From Longimicrobiales bacterium (lineage in GTDB: Bacteria > Gemmatimonadota > Gemmatimonadetes > Longimicrobiales > Gaopeijiaceae): a stretch of DNA of 64,000 bases. The stretch covers positions 3,424,001 through 3,488,000 of the forward strand of contig OZ250165.1 of NCBI GenBank assembly GCA_965238005.1, written 5' to 3'. Shown one piece after another: positions 9,856 to 19,961 of this stretch (positions within the stretch are counted from its first letter, which is position 1; each line of letters opens with the position of its first letter). The position numbers and the translations under genes were made by a program. The notes below the pieces were generated by a model. The model did no database searches. It saw only the letters and a program-made list of their open reading frames with translations, and was not told the origin of the DNA.

Positions 9856-11025
9856 GTGGAACGTAGCGCGGTGGTAGTCGTCGGCGGGGGTGTCTTCGGG
9901 GCCACCGCCGCCCTGGAGCTACGGGCCCGCGGGCACGCGGTGACGCTCCTGGACCCGGGGCCCCTTCCCCATCCCGACGCCAGCTCCACCGACATCAGCA
10001 AGGTCATCCGCGCCGACTACGGCCCGGACACCTTCTACGCCCGGCTGGTCCGGCAGTGCATCGACAGATGGCACGAGTGGAACGCGGAGGCCGGCCGGAC
10101 GCTCTATCACGAGACGGGGTTTCTCGTCCTGGCGCGGGAGGGGATGCGGCCCGGTGGCTTCGAGCACGACAGCTGGGAGGTGTTGGCCGGGCTGGGGCAT
10201 CCGATCGAGAGGCTCGCCCCCGGAGAGTTCACCCGTCGCTTCCCGGCCTGGAAGGAGGACTGTTACGCGGACGGGTACTTCAACCGCCGAGCCGGGTGGG
10301 CGGAGAGTGGCAGCGTGGTTTCGTGGCTCCTCACCAAGGCCCGGGACGCCGGTGTGCGCGTCGTGGAGGGGCAGACAATGGAGGCCCTCCGGGAGGACGG
10401 CTCACGCGTCTCGGGCATCGTGACCGACGGCAGCGAAGAGCACTCCGCAGATGTGGTCGTGGTTGCCGCGGGCGCGTGGACACCCACGCTGCTTCCATGG
10501 CTGACCGATGTGCTCTGGTGCGTGGGGCAACCGGTCTACCACTTCCGACCGCCGGATCTGGAGCCGTTCCGCCCGGAGCGCTTCCCACCCTGGAGCGCAG
10601 ACATCGCCAACACGGGCTGGTACGGCTTTCCCGTACAGCCCGACGGGACCTTGAAGATCGCCAATCACGGCGACGGGATCCGGATCGATCCCCGCAGCGA
10701 AAAGGTGGTCCCACCGGAAAACGACGAGAAGTTTCGAGGATTCCTGCGCGAAACGTTGGAGGGGATCGCCGACGCCCCGATCCTCAAACGGCGCCTCTGC
10801 CTCTACTGCGACACGTGGGACGGCGACTTCTGGATCGACCGGGATCCCGATCGTGAGGGACTGGTCGTGGCCGCCGGCGGCAGCGGCCACGGCTTCAAGT
10901 TCGCCCCTATGCTGGGCGAGATCATCGCCGATGTCGTGGAGGGCAAGGAGAATACTTGGGCCTCACGCTTCCGCTGGAGGACTCCCGGTGCGATCAAGAC
11001 CGAGGCGGCGCGATACACGAGCTGA
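9856..11025 (+). CDS. FAD-dependent oxidoreductase (sarcosine/fructosyl-amine oxidase family)
   Basis: GGGVFG, ASSTDISKVIR, CLYCDTWDGDF, GGSGHGFKF. Confidence 0.88.
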   Translation: MERSAVVVVGGGVFGATAALELRARGHAVTLLDPGPLPHPDASSTDISKVIRADYGPDTFYARLVRQCIDRWHEWNAEAGRTLYHETGFLVLAREGMRPGGFEHDSWEVLAGLGHPIERLAPGEFTRRFPAWKEDCYADGYFNRRAGWAESGSVVSWLLTKARDAGVRVVEGQTMEALREDGSRVSGIVTDGSEEHSADVVVVAAGAWTPTLLPWLTDVLWCVGQPVYHFRPPDLEPFRPERFPPWSADIANTGWYGFPVQPDGTLKIANHGDGIRIDPRSEKVVPPENDEKFRGFLRETLEGIADAPILKRRLCLYCDTWDGDFWIDRDPDREGLVVAAGGSGHGFKFAPMLGEIIADVVEGKENTWASRFRWRTPGAIKTEAARYTS

Positions 11026-11050
11026 CCGGTCGGACTACCTGAGAATCGCT

Positions 11051-11069
11051 GAGGCCTGTTGAAGGCCTC
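11051..11069. terminator. Small hairpin between convergent genes
   Basis: GAGGCCT-gttga-AGGCCTC. Confidence 0.4.
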
Positions 11070-11827
11070 TAGGGAACCGTGATCCACGCCCAGTCCCAAC
11101 CCTCCAGACCCCTTCGATTGACGGCCTTCACCCCGATCTGCGAGCCCGTCAGGACGTCTTCCAGGAGAGCCCGGGGAGCCTCGCCGGCGAGCGTCGTGAC
11201 CTGCTCCTCCGCCTCGGATCCATCTGCCCGCGTATACCGGAGGCGGTAGTCCTCGACGCCGCTCTCGGCCGCCGCCGCCCAGGTCAGCTGCACCCCTACA
11301 CGACTCCGCCGCACCTCAAGTCCGGAGAGACGGGCCGGACTCAACGCCAGCAGCATGATGGTGGCGACGGTGGTCCGGCTCACCTCGGCCACGAGCTGGT
11401 GATTGATGGTGGAGAGGCGGTCCGATGCCTGGTGGTAGTTGGGCTCCAGATCGCGGTAGACCATGCGGAGCGGCGCCTCCTCGAGCCCCTCCATGGCCTC
11501 ACCGGTGGAGAAGTTGTGAAGGTGCCAGAAGGTGAGCGCGTCCCCTTCGAGGGTATAGGTGCCTCCCTCGGCCGAGCCTCTCTTGATCTCACCCTCCTCG
11601 TCGACCACGAAGAACACGACCTGCCAGTCGGACTCGGTGAAGAAGATCCGCCCATCCACCCGGTGCTCCGCGCCGGCCTTCATGATGTATCTCTCCGCGT
11701 TCCAGGCGCCCCGGACGTCGGTGTTTTGGGCCGACAAGGGTACGGACGCGGAAGCCACGGCAACGGCCGCCAGCATGGCCGTCCAACCGAAAGCGCGTGT
11801 GAGTACCCTTTTCTCTGCTCTGCTCAT
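11069..11827 (-). pseudogene. Chimeric ORF: secreted hypothetical N-terminus fused to M28 peptidase C-terminus/FN3 domain
   Basis: Signal peptide and beta-rich domain, then abruptly PNYHQASDRLSTINHQLVAEVSRTTVAT and an FN3-like tail. Confidence 0.55.
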
Positions 11828-11989
11828 GAAATGCGTCCTGCGAAAAAATGCGCCCTACGAAGACGTTTCACATGCGACTCCCCACCCGGATCAGCCCGGA
11901 GGGTTCCCCAGGTCCATGATCACCTTCCACGAGCCATCGAGCTGCCTGCGCCAAACACTGACGTACAGGCCGTGGCCCACCGGAGCATC

Positions 11990-12169
11990 GCCAGCTACGT
12001 CACGGGTACGGACGAGGGCCCCAGAGACCAGGCTCGAGAGGTGTTCGATATGCTCCGGAGTGAGCTGGAGGACTACCAGCGGCAGATGGAGGCCCTCACA
12101 GTGGAGGACGTGGCTCGTTTCAACCGACTTCTGGACGACCGGGGGATCGAGCCCATCGGCCAGAACTAG
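11990..12169 (+). pseudogene. Orphan C-terminal fragment of a large protein (resembles BNR/VPS10 hydrolase tails)
   Basis: PRDQAREVFDML...DVARFNRLL; no upstream body. Confidence 0.4.
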
Positions 12170-12390
12170 CGTCGCCTGAGCAGTACCGAAAGGACGATGC
12201 CGGCGGCTATGGCCAATCCGAGTACGGTCTTCGCCGTCTCGCTGAGCCGGTCTTCGAGCTCCTCGATGGCCTCACGGCCAGTGGGAGCCGACGGGTCTTG
12301 ACTGATATGCACCGCGCAGAAGTCGGAGCCCTCGAGGGCGTTGAGCCGACACTGCGTCCCCTTCTTCGTCGTAGCGTTACAGCGTGCCAC
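12166..12390 (-). CDS. Small membrane-anchored protein with C-x9-C...C-x2-H motif (DUF5763-like)
   Basis: RCNATTKKGTQC...FCAVH, C-terminal TM helix, GGAGG RBS. Confidence 0.7.
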   Translation of the reverse strand: MARCNATTKKGTQCRLNALEGSDFCAVHISQDPSAPTGREAIEELEDRLSETAKTVLGLAIAAGIVLSVLLRRR

Positions 12391-12521
12391 TGACCAACCT
12401 CCTCACCCTGTCGGGCTTGCTCGACGCCCGGTGTCAGTAGTCCCACATCAAATATACGTACGACTCGACGGTCCTGATTCATCATGACGTGATGTGAGGT
12501 GGTGGAAAAGGGCCCAAATCC

Positions 12522-14078
12522 CTACGAGCTGAACTCGATTCCCTGGGCCAAGGGCAACTCGGTGCCCCAGTTCACCGTGTTGGTCTGGCGGCGCATGTAC
12601 GCCTTCCAGGCATCGGAGCCGGACTCCCGACCGCCACCCGTCTCCTTCTCGCCCCCGAAAGCGCCGCCGATCTCGGCGCCGCTCGTGCCGATGTTCACGT
12701 TCGCGATCCCGCAGTCGCTCCCGCGGTGCGACAGGAAGTACTCGGCCTCGCGAACGTGGTCCGTGAAGATCGCCGAGGAGAGCCCCTGGGGAACGCCGTT
12801 GTGGATGGCCATGGCTTCGTCGAGCTCGTCCACCGCCTCCCCGGGAGACGAAAACGCATCGCCGTACCCGATGATGTAGAGAATCGGAGCGAAGGTCTCT
12901 TCCTGGATGATGTCGTACTCGTTCTTGGCGGTAGCGATGCAGGGGGTCACGTAGTGCCCGCCGGGGTATTCATCTCCTTCCAGGCGCTCGCCACCGTAAA
13001 GGATCTCCCCGCCTTCCTCCTGCACGCGCCGGACGGCACCCTCGAGATCGTCCACGGCTCCTCGGTTCACGAGCGGCCCCATGAGCGTATCGGCCTCCCG
13101 GGGGTCTCCGATCCGGACTCCCTCGTAGGCGGCCGTGAGCCGGGCCACAAGCTCCTCACGCACGGACTCGTGGACGATGATGCGCCGCGTGCTGGTGCAG
13201 CGCTGCCCGGCAGTACCCACCGAGCCGAAGAGGATACCGGACAACGCCAGGTCCAGGTTGGCATGAGGGGTCACGATGATGGCGTTGTTGCCGCCGAGCT
13301 CGAGGATGGTGCGTCCCAACCGCTTGCCGACGACCTCGGCCACCCGATAGCCTACGGCGCAGCTTCCGGTGGCTGACACCAGGGGCACTCGGCGATCGTG
13401 GAGAACCCGGTCACCAACGGTCGCCCCCTTCCCCACCGTCAGGGAGAAGACGGCCGGGTCGACTCCGTTCTCCTCACAGACCGCCTGGGCGATCTTCGTC
13501 ACGGCGATGGCCGTGAGGGGCGTCTGGCTGGCCGGCTTCCACAGGACCGAATCACCACAGACGGAGGCCAGGGCTGCATTCCAGCTCCACACGGCCACCG
13601 GAAAGTTGAAGGCGCTGATCACGCCCACCACTCCCAGCGGATGCCACTGCTCCATCATGCGATGGTCCTGGCGCTCCGACGCGATGGTGAGCCCGTAGAG
13701 CTGCCGGGAGAGCCCCGTGGCGAAGTCGCAGATATCGATCAGCTCCTGGACCTCACCCTCACCCTCGGCCTGGATCTTGCCCATCTCCAGGGTGACCAGA
13801 GCACCCAGATCGGACTTCAACGCACGGAGTCGCTCTCCCAACTGCCGGACGAGATCGCCCCTCCTGGGTGCCGGCACGGTCCGCCAGTGGAGGAAGGCCT
13901 CATGGGCCCGGTCCACGATCCGGTCATATTCGTCCTCGGTGACCTGCTGAACGGTCGCGATGTTCGATCCATCGATGGGGGTGGTGACCTCGAGCTCGGG
14001 GCCCGAGCCCATCCATTCTCCGCAGAATCCGCCGAGGTTGCGCTCCTCGATGCCGAGACTCTTCAGGACATCGCTCAT
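12522..14078 (-). CDS. Aldehyde dehydrogenase family 7 (piperideine-6-carboxylate dehydrogenase-like)
   Basis: EQWHPLG, AFNFPVAVW, LELGGNN, GTAGQRCT, SGAEIGGAFGGEKETGGGRESGSDAW. Confidence 0.92.
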   Translation of the reverse strand: MSDVLKSLGIEERNLGGFCGEWMGSGPELEVTTPIDGSNIATVQQVTEDEYDRIVDRAHEAFLHWRTVPAPRRGDLVRQLGERLRALKSDLGALVTLEMGKIQAEGEGEVQELIDICDFATGLSRQLYGLTIASERQDHRMMEQWHPLGVVGVISAFNFPVAVWSWNAALASVCGDSVLWKPASQTPLTAIAVTKIAQAVCEENGVDPAVFSLTVGKGATVGDRVLHDRRVPLVSATGSCAVGYRVAEVVGKRLGRTILELGGNNAIIVTPHANLDLALSGILFGSVGTAGQRCTSTRRIIVHESVREELVARLTAAYEGVRIGDPREADTLMGPLVNRGAVDDLEGAVRRVQEEGGEILYGGERLEGDEYPGGHYVTPCIATAKNEYDIIQEETFAPILYIIGYGDAFSSPGEAVDELDEAMAIHNGVPQGLSSAIFTDHVREAEYFLSHRGSDCGIANVNIGTSGAEIGGAFGGEKETGGGRESGSDAWKAYMRRQTNTVNWGTELPLAQGIEFSS

Positions 14079-14179
14079 GGGTTTCCCTTTTATGGATATG
14101 GCCGGTCACGAACCCGTGTCCGGCCGAGTCGCCTTCGGCGAGAGGCAGCAGGTAAGATCGGCCGATCCCGTCGGGGTGT

Positions 14180-15997
14180 CTATCTGAGCGAATCGAGGAG
14201 CCGGCGAGCCTCCTCCGTTGCCAGCGCGAGGGCCTCCAACAGCCGGTTCCGCTCTCTCACCAGAGTCGTTTCGGCGAAGAGATAGCGATCGCTGGCCGGA
14301 TCTTCCTCGGCCAGGATCTCCACCGGCGCCAACCCGGGTAGCAGGCCCACGGCGAAGCCGGGATCCGGATGGAACGGGTCCACTGGATCGTAGGTCACGC
14401 GGTAGATGGGGCGAAGGACCCGCAGGATCGCCCGGTCGATCTCGGCCCCCTCGTGTCCGGGCAAAGCTCCCTGCACCTGGCGCACCACGTCCACGAGAGC
14501 CGCATGCACGTCCATTGCCACGCTCAGATCGAAGTGATCCCCCGCCGTCGCGGCCCTCGAAGCGATGAGCTCGCCCAGCGCTTCCACCTCCGCCACCAGG
14601 TCGATGGGGAGGACCGGATCGGCCAAGAGGTGAGCGAGGGCCTGGACGTACAGGCCCGCGTCCGTCTCGAGAACCTCGAAATCGATCTTGTCGAATGTGT
14701 CGTCGGGGGTGTGCCACCACCAATACCCGCCGTCTTCCGCCAACCGGGAGTGGTTGAACTGGAGAAGCGGCAGCCCGACGCCGTTGAAGGCCTGATCGGA
14801 GTCCCGTCCCGGCGTTCGCGTCCTGATCTGCTCACCCGCGACAGGCCCGGCTACGTCCCGGGCGAGACCGGCCAGAGCGGCCGTGGTAGTAGCGCTGAAG
14901 CGCTTGGCGTCCATCTGGCCCAGGCCGTCGATGTTGAGGTAGGCCACCGCCCGGTCCCGAAGCTCCTCGAAGAAGTGATCGGCAAACCAGGTGGAGCCGG
15001 CGTAGCGAGCGTTGCTGTGCCCTGGCCACCAGGCCACCACGAGACCGCGACGGAGCAGTTGGCGATTGGCGTAGATCGCCTTCGTAAGCTCCGCCATGGA
15101 CGCGTTGGCCGCCCCCTCGTCCGTGCCCGCGTGATACCATCCGTCGATGTGGCCGCCGAAGAGGACGTAGGGCGAGTCCGGGTCCGGGCCCGGGATCCGC
15201 ACGACGGCCAGACGGAGAGGCTTTCGCCCAGTGGTGACCTCGGCGCTGATGCGCACCCGTACGGGCCCGCGGGCCAGCCGCTCCCGCAGGGCGTCACCCC
15301 CGCTCTTGGCGACCTGAACCACTGGAATCTCCGGGAGACGCTGGTAGTTGCGGAGGGAGGGCGTCCCCCAGGTCGACGTCACGATGAGGTCGTTCAGCCG
15401 CTCCACGGGGTTGCTGAAGATCACGCCCGCGGCGCCCAGGAGCTCGAGCGCCGCGGTGGGAATGTTCCTCGGCTGCCCCTCCACCAACACGATGGCGCCC
15501 TGGGCTCGGCGGAGGTTCTCTGGCAGGTCGGCGGACTGTCCGGCGTCGCCCTCGAGAGCCAGGAGCTCACCGGTGCCGACCTCCAGCCGCGGCAGATCCG
15601 CGAGCGTCCCGAAGTCCACGAGGGGGGCTAGGACCCCGTCGGAGGAACCCGAAAAGGCCATGGTGATGGCCTCGAGGGAGAGATCCTCGGCCGGAACCTC
15701 CACCGACGCCGAGACGGGATCGCTGGCGTAGGTGTCGAAGGTGTGCACCTCCACAGGCACACCACTCTCCCGGAGAGACGCCACGATGGAGTCGATGGCG
15801 GCGTTCTCGCCGGGGCTCCCGGAGGGACGCTCGTAGTGCACGATCGCCCGGGCCAGACGCTCGAGGCCCTCGAGCGTGACGTCCTCCTGAACGGCCGTCG
15901 CCAGCTCATCGGATCGAGACGGCTGGGCGGACGGGGTGCACGCGGCGGTCGCGAGCACGGAGAGGAGCAACGATCCCCGAAGGGCGGTGAAACGCAT
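14180..15997 (-). CDS. M28 family metallopeptidase (lipoprotein)
   Basis: Lipobox ATAAC; GGHIDGW...GTDEG, WPGHS, WWHTPDDT. Confidence 0.8.
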   Translation of the reverse strand: MRFTALRGSLLLSVLATAACTPSAQPSRSDELATAVQEDVTLEGLERLARAIVHYERPSGSPGENAAIDSIVASLRESGVPVEVHTFDTYASDPVSASVEVPAEDLSLEAITMAFSGSSDGVLAPLVDFGTLADLPRLEVGTGELLALEGDAGQSADLPENLRRAQGAIVLVEGQPRNIPTAALELLGAAGVIFSNPVERLNDLIVTSTWGTPSLRNYQRLPEIPVVQVAKSGGDALRERLARGPVRVRISAEVTTGRKPLRLAVVRIPGPDPDSPYVLFGGHIDGWYHAGTDEGAANASMAELTKAIYANRQLLRRGLVVAWWPGHSNARYAGSTWFADHFFEELRDRAVAYLNIDGLGQMDAKRFSATTTAALAGLARDVAGPVAGEQIRTRTPGRDSDQAFNGVGLPLLQFNHSRLAEDGGYWWWHTPDDTFDKIDFEVLETDAGLYVQALAHLLADPVLPIDLVAEVEALGELIASRAATAGDHFDLSVAMDVHAALVDVVRQVQGALPGHEGAEIDRAILRVLRPIYRVTYDPVDPFHPDPGFAVGLLPGLAPVEILAEEDPASDRYLFAETTLVRERNRLLEALALATEEARRLLDSLR

Positions 15998-16349
15998 GGG
16001 AAACCTCCTTACACGCGCGGGCACGATGCTGTCGGGCTGGAATGCCAGGGCGAATGAACCACTCCATTAAGCGACTAAGCGAGTTCGGTAGAATACGTTG
16101 GACCACCCCATCTGGCGACGGCTGCGAACTCTGGCGCGTCACTACGGTATGACAGGCGTCGTCGCCCAAGGGGCCAAGTGGAATCGCCGGCGGATGGGAC
16201 GGCGAGAGGTGCGATCCATCTGTCGCCGGCCGCCATTCGCAGGAGTCTAGCGTCCCGTTCTCCCGCGACGAAGCTGGTATGGATAACAGGAGAGAGGCGG
16301 CCCGGAGGTGGATCACGGAGCCCCTCGAGAACTCGAAGGAGGGGTAGAC

Positions 16350-17534
16350 GTGAAGACAGAATCCAGGATCCTGAACACCGCCTCCATTCACGCCGGCTCG
16401 AGGCGACCTCGAGTGGACGGCGCGGTCGTGATGCCCGTGTTCCGCTCGAGCACGTACGAGTATCACGGGGAGAGCTACCACGACGTGAGGTACCTCCGCC
16501 TGAGCAACAGCCCGAACCATCGGGTTCTCCACGAGCGGATCGCGACCCTCGAGGGCTCGGAGGACGCCCTGTGCACCGGGAGTGGGATGTCGGCCATCTC
16601 GGCCGCACTGCTCACCGTCCTCGCCACAGGCGATCACCTGCTGGTTCAGGACTGCCTGTACGGGGGCACCACGGGCCTGCTCCAGAACGACTTCCCCCGG
16701 TGGGGCATCGGTCACACGGCCATCGATCCGCAGGATCCCGGCTCGTGGGAGGCGATGCTGCAGCCGAACACCAGGGTCATCTACGTAGAGACGCTGACCA
16801 ACCCACTCGTCCAGGTCGCGGACCTGGAGGCCGCGGTGCGCTTCGCCCGGGAGCACCACCTCTTCTCCATCATCGACAACACCTTCGCCAGTCCGGTGAA
16901 CTTCCGCCCGGTCGAGCACGGCTTCGACCTGTCCGTGGAGAGTTGTACCAAGTACATGAACGGGCACAACGACATCGTGGCAGGCTCGATGGCGGGCTCG
17001 GCGGACCTCGTCCGGCGAATCAAGCAAACTCTCGACCACCTGGGAGGGACCCTGGACCCCGACTCGTGCTTCCTGCTGGAGCGGGGCCTCAAGACGCTGG
17101 CGCTCAGGGTCGAGCATCAGAACGCCAGTGCCATGGAGATCGCCCGGTTCCTGGAGACGCATCCCGCGGTGTCGAGGGTGCACCACCCGAGCCTCGAGTC
17201 CCACGCCCAGCACGACCGTGCGGCTCGGCTCTTCGACGGCTTCGGCGGAATGCTCTCCTTCGAGCTAGAGGACGGGGTTCAGTCCGCGGAGGACTTTCTG
17301 ACGGTCCTGACGATCCCCGCCGTGGCGGCCTCCCTGGGCGGAGCCGAATCCCTCATCGTCCGGCCCGCCGCCGCCAGCCACGGCGCCCTCTCACCCGAAG
17401 AGCGCGCCAAGAGTGGAATCACCGACGGGCTGATTCGCTTCTCGGTGGGCCTGGAGGGCACGGCGGATCTGATCGCCGACCTGGAGCGGGCCCTGGACGC
17501 GGCGACGGCAACGCTGTCCGTCAGCAAGAGATGA
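16350..17534 (+). CDS. Cystathionine gamma-synthase/lyase family PLP enzyme
   Basis: SGMSAI, ETLTNP, DNTFASP, SCTKYMNGHND, SLGGAESL, IRFSVGLE. Confidence 0.9.
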   Translation: MKTESRILNTASIHAGSRRPRVDGAVVMPVFRSSTYEYHGESYHDVRYLRLSNSPNHRVLHERIATLEGSEDALCTGSGMSAISAALLTVLATGDHLLVQDCLYGGTTGLLQNDFPRWGIGHTAIDPQDPGSWEAMLQPNTRVIYVETLTNPLVQVADLEAAVRFAREHHLFSIIDNTFASPVNFRPVEHGFDLSVESCTKYMNGHNDIVAGSMAGSADLVRRIKQTLDHLGGTLDPDSCFLLERGLKTLALRVEHQNASAMEIARFLETHPAVSRVHHPSLESHAQHDRAARLFDGFGGMLSFELEDGVQSAEDFLTVLTIPAVAASLGGAESLIVRPAAASHGALSPEERAKSGITDGLIRFSVGLEGTADLIADLERALDAATATLSVSKR

Positions 17535-17686
17535 TCCCCCCCTGGCTCGAGACCTTCGCGGCCGATCTTGTGGACCGTATCGAGCTGGGCCTCGAAGGGG
17601 ACTGAAGCCGGTCCACCGGCCGCTCCCCACTCTCTGCGGTCCCAGAGGCCCATGGCTCAGCCCCTGATCGGGTGGGACCGTTCCCT

Positions 17687-18667
17687 ATGCGCAAGAAACC
17701 CGATCTCGAGCGATCGCTCGCCAACACTAGCCGCCTCCTGAGACAGAGGGGTTACCGGAATAGGACGGTAGACGTGTACGCGCGATGGCTCCGGCGATTC
17801 GCAGAGGCCCATCCCGGTACCGCGGTAGAGGATCTCACCAGAAGGCACGTGGAGGAGTTCTTGAGCGTTCTCACGGACCAGCGGAGGTTAGCGCCGAAGA
17901 GTCGCAATCAAGCCGCGTCCGCGCTGGCGTTTTTCTTTAGAGAGGTTCTGGGCCGCGATGATCTTGCAGGCATGCCTCGGGCCCGAGAGCCGCAACGAAT
18001 ACCGACAGTGTTATCCCACGGGCAGGCCCGACTCGTGCTCAGCCATCTGTCCGGTAAATATCGACTGCTGGGTTCGCTGATGTATGGCACAGGCGCCCGC
18101 CTGACGGAGTGTCATCAACTGCGGGTGAAGGACATCGACTTCGACCTGGTGCAGATCGCCATACGGGACGGGAAGGGTGCCAAGGACCGTTGGGTCATGC
18201 TTCCCGAGCGGCTCGGCCCGGCGCTACGCCGCCAGGTATCTTGGGTAACGGAACTGCACGAGGAGGACAGACGGCAAGGAGGCGGCTGGGCGCAACTGCC
18301 GGGTGCACTGGATCGCAAGGATCCGCGTGGGGGATACGACCTCGGTTGGCAGTTCCTGTTCCCCGCGAGCCGATGGTCACGTGATCCCGCCACTAACAGG
18401 AAAGGTCGGTACCACCTCCATCCGACAGCGATGCAGAAGCGGATGAAGGAGGCCGCGCGAGCATCCGGCATTGCCAAGCCCGTCACGTGTCACATCCTCC
18501 GCAAATCTTTTGCCACCCAGATGTTTCGGGCCGGATACGACGCGCGTTCCGTGCGGAAGCTCATGGGGCACAGGGACATCCGCACGACAATGATCTACGT
18601 GCAAGCCATCACCGACGCCGGACTGGGCATGCGCAGCCCACTTGATCGACCGGAGGACCGGGACTAG
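17687..18667 (+). CDS. intI: Integron integrase
   Basis: Tyrosine recombinase residues R(GARLTE), K(GKGAKDR), HILR, GH, TTMIY, plus the integron-specific insert LPGALDRK...WQFLFPA...RYHLH. Confidence 0.95.
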   Translation: MRKKPDLERSLANTSRLLRQRGYRNRTVDVYARWLRRFAEAHPGTAVEDLTRRHVEEFLSVLTDQRRLAPKSRNQAASALAFFFREVLGRDDLAGMPRAREPQRIPTVLSHGQARLVLSHLSGKYRLLGSLMYGTGARLTECHQLRVKDIDFDLVQIAIRDGKGAKDRWVMLPERLGPALRRQVSWVTELHEEDRRQGGGWAQLPGALDRKDPRGGYDLGWQFLFPASRWSRDPATNRKGRYHLHPTAMQKRMKEAARASGIAKPVTCHILRKSFATQMFRAGYDARSVRKLMGHRDIRTTMIYVQAITDAGLGMRSPLDRPEDRD

Positions 18668-18839
18668 GCTGCCACCTACCAACAGCCCCTCCGACGCAAC
18701 TACCACGTCGCCAGCGCAGCCCAAACCCGAAGGCATGGAGGTCATAAACGGAGGCTGCACCGGGGCTGTCGGGCCCGCGCGGTCTCACCTACGTTGCCGT
18801 TCACGCAGTGGATCCGATTCAGAAGATCAAGAGGATTCG

Positions 18840-18860
18840 CGGTAGAGTTGAAAGTTAGGC
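18840..18860 (+). other. Putative attI site
   Basis: GTTGAAA-GTTAGGC with no attC hairpin upstream, just before cassette 1, whose distal end is CCCTAAC. Confidence 0.6.
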
Positions 18861-18880
18861 GGCGCACCCAGGGAGACGAA

Positions 18881-19894
18881 ATGTCAGATCAGAGGCGGAA
18901 AGCGTTGATACCTGATAGAGACGACGGCGATGCCGTCATGGATCTCTCGAGGCGCGACATGGTTAGGATGACCGCCGGTGCCGGTGCCTATCTTGCGCTC
19001 AGTGGTTGCAGCAAGTCCGAAGTCACTTCGGGGCTCCTCACCAAGCCCATTCCGTCCTCGGGAGAGCAGATACCAGTGATTGGCATCGGAACCGCCCGGG
19101 ACCGCTTCATCCTCGACCAGCCGCCTGAAGACATTGCGATGCGGAAGCAGGTGTTTCAGGAGTTCACATCCATGGGTGGCCGCATGCTCGATGTGTTCCT
19201 AGGCGAGGACACCGAGACCTTCTGCGGCAACTTGATTCAGGAGCTGGGCAACCGCGAGCAGTTCTTCATCGCCACGAAGGAGAGCGTCAGGGCGGCAGTT
19301 AGTGCCGGTACCGATACTCGGCAAGCGGGCATCGACCGGATGAACGCATCGTTCAGCCGTTTCAACACCGACGTGATCGATCTGATGCAGATCCCGCACC
19401 TGACGGATTGGGAAAATCAGCTACCGATCCTACGTGAGTGGAAGCAGGAGGGGCGCTTCCGATACATCGGCGTGACCGTGTTTAGAAACGACCAGCACGA
19501 GGCCCTCGAATCCGTGATGCGACAGGAAGGCCTCGATTTCGTACAGCTCGACTACTCTTTGGAGGGCCGTCAGTCCGAGGAGCGCCTATTGCCACTGGCG
19601 GCCGACCGAGGAATGGCCGTGATGATCAACGTTCCCTTCCGCCGCGGCCTCGTCTTCCAGCGCCTGGGTGAACGGGAATTGCCCGGCTGGGCCGCGGAGC
19701 TGGAGTGTCAGACGATGGCACAGGTCACCCTTAAGTTCATCGTTTCGCACCCGTCTGTGACGTGCGCTATTCCCGGTACGTACAAGATGGAATACCTCAC
19801 GGACAACATGGGCGCGGCCATGGGGCCAATGCCGGATGCTGCCATGCGCCAGACCATGGCCGCATGGTATGACGCGTTGCCGGAGGTGGGCTAA
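18881..19894 (+). CDS. Aldo/keto reductase with Tat/lipoprotein signal (cassette 1)
   Basis: SRRDM, IPVIGIGT, IATK, IDLMQIPH, RYIGVT, DFVQLDYS. Confidence 0.88.
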   Translation: MSDQRRKALIPDRDDGDAVMDLSRRDMVRMTAGAGAYLALSGCSKSEVTSGLLTKPIPSSGEQIPVIGIGTARDRFILDQPPEDIAMRKQVFQEFTSMGGRMLDVFLGEDTETFCGNLIQELGNREQFFIATKESVRAAVSAGTDTRQAGIDRMNASFSRFNTDVIDLMQIPHLTDWENQLPILREWKQEGRFRYIGVTVFRNDQHEALESVMRQEGLDFVQLDYSLEGRQSEERLLPLAADRGMAVMINVPFRRGLVFQRLGERELPGWAAELECQTMAQVTLKFIVSHPSVTCAIPGTYKMEYLTDNMGAAMGPMPDAAMRQTMAAWYDALPEVG

Positions 19895-19961
19895 GCGCGG
19901 ACGAGCACTCAAGAGACGGCGGCCGATCGAAGGACTGACATGCATAGCCCTAACAAGCGAT

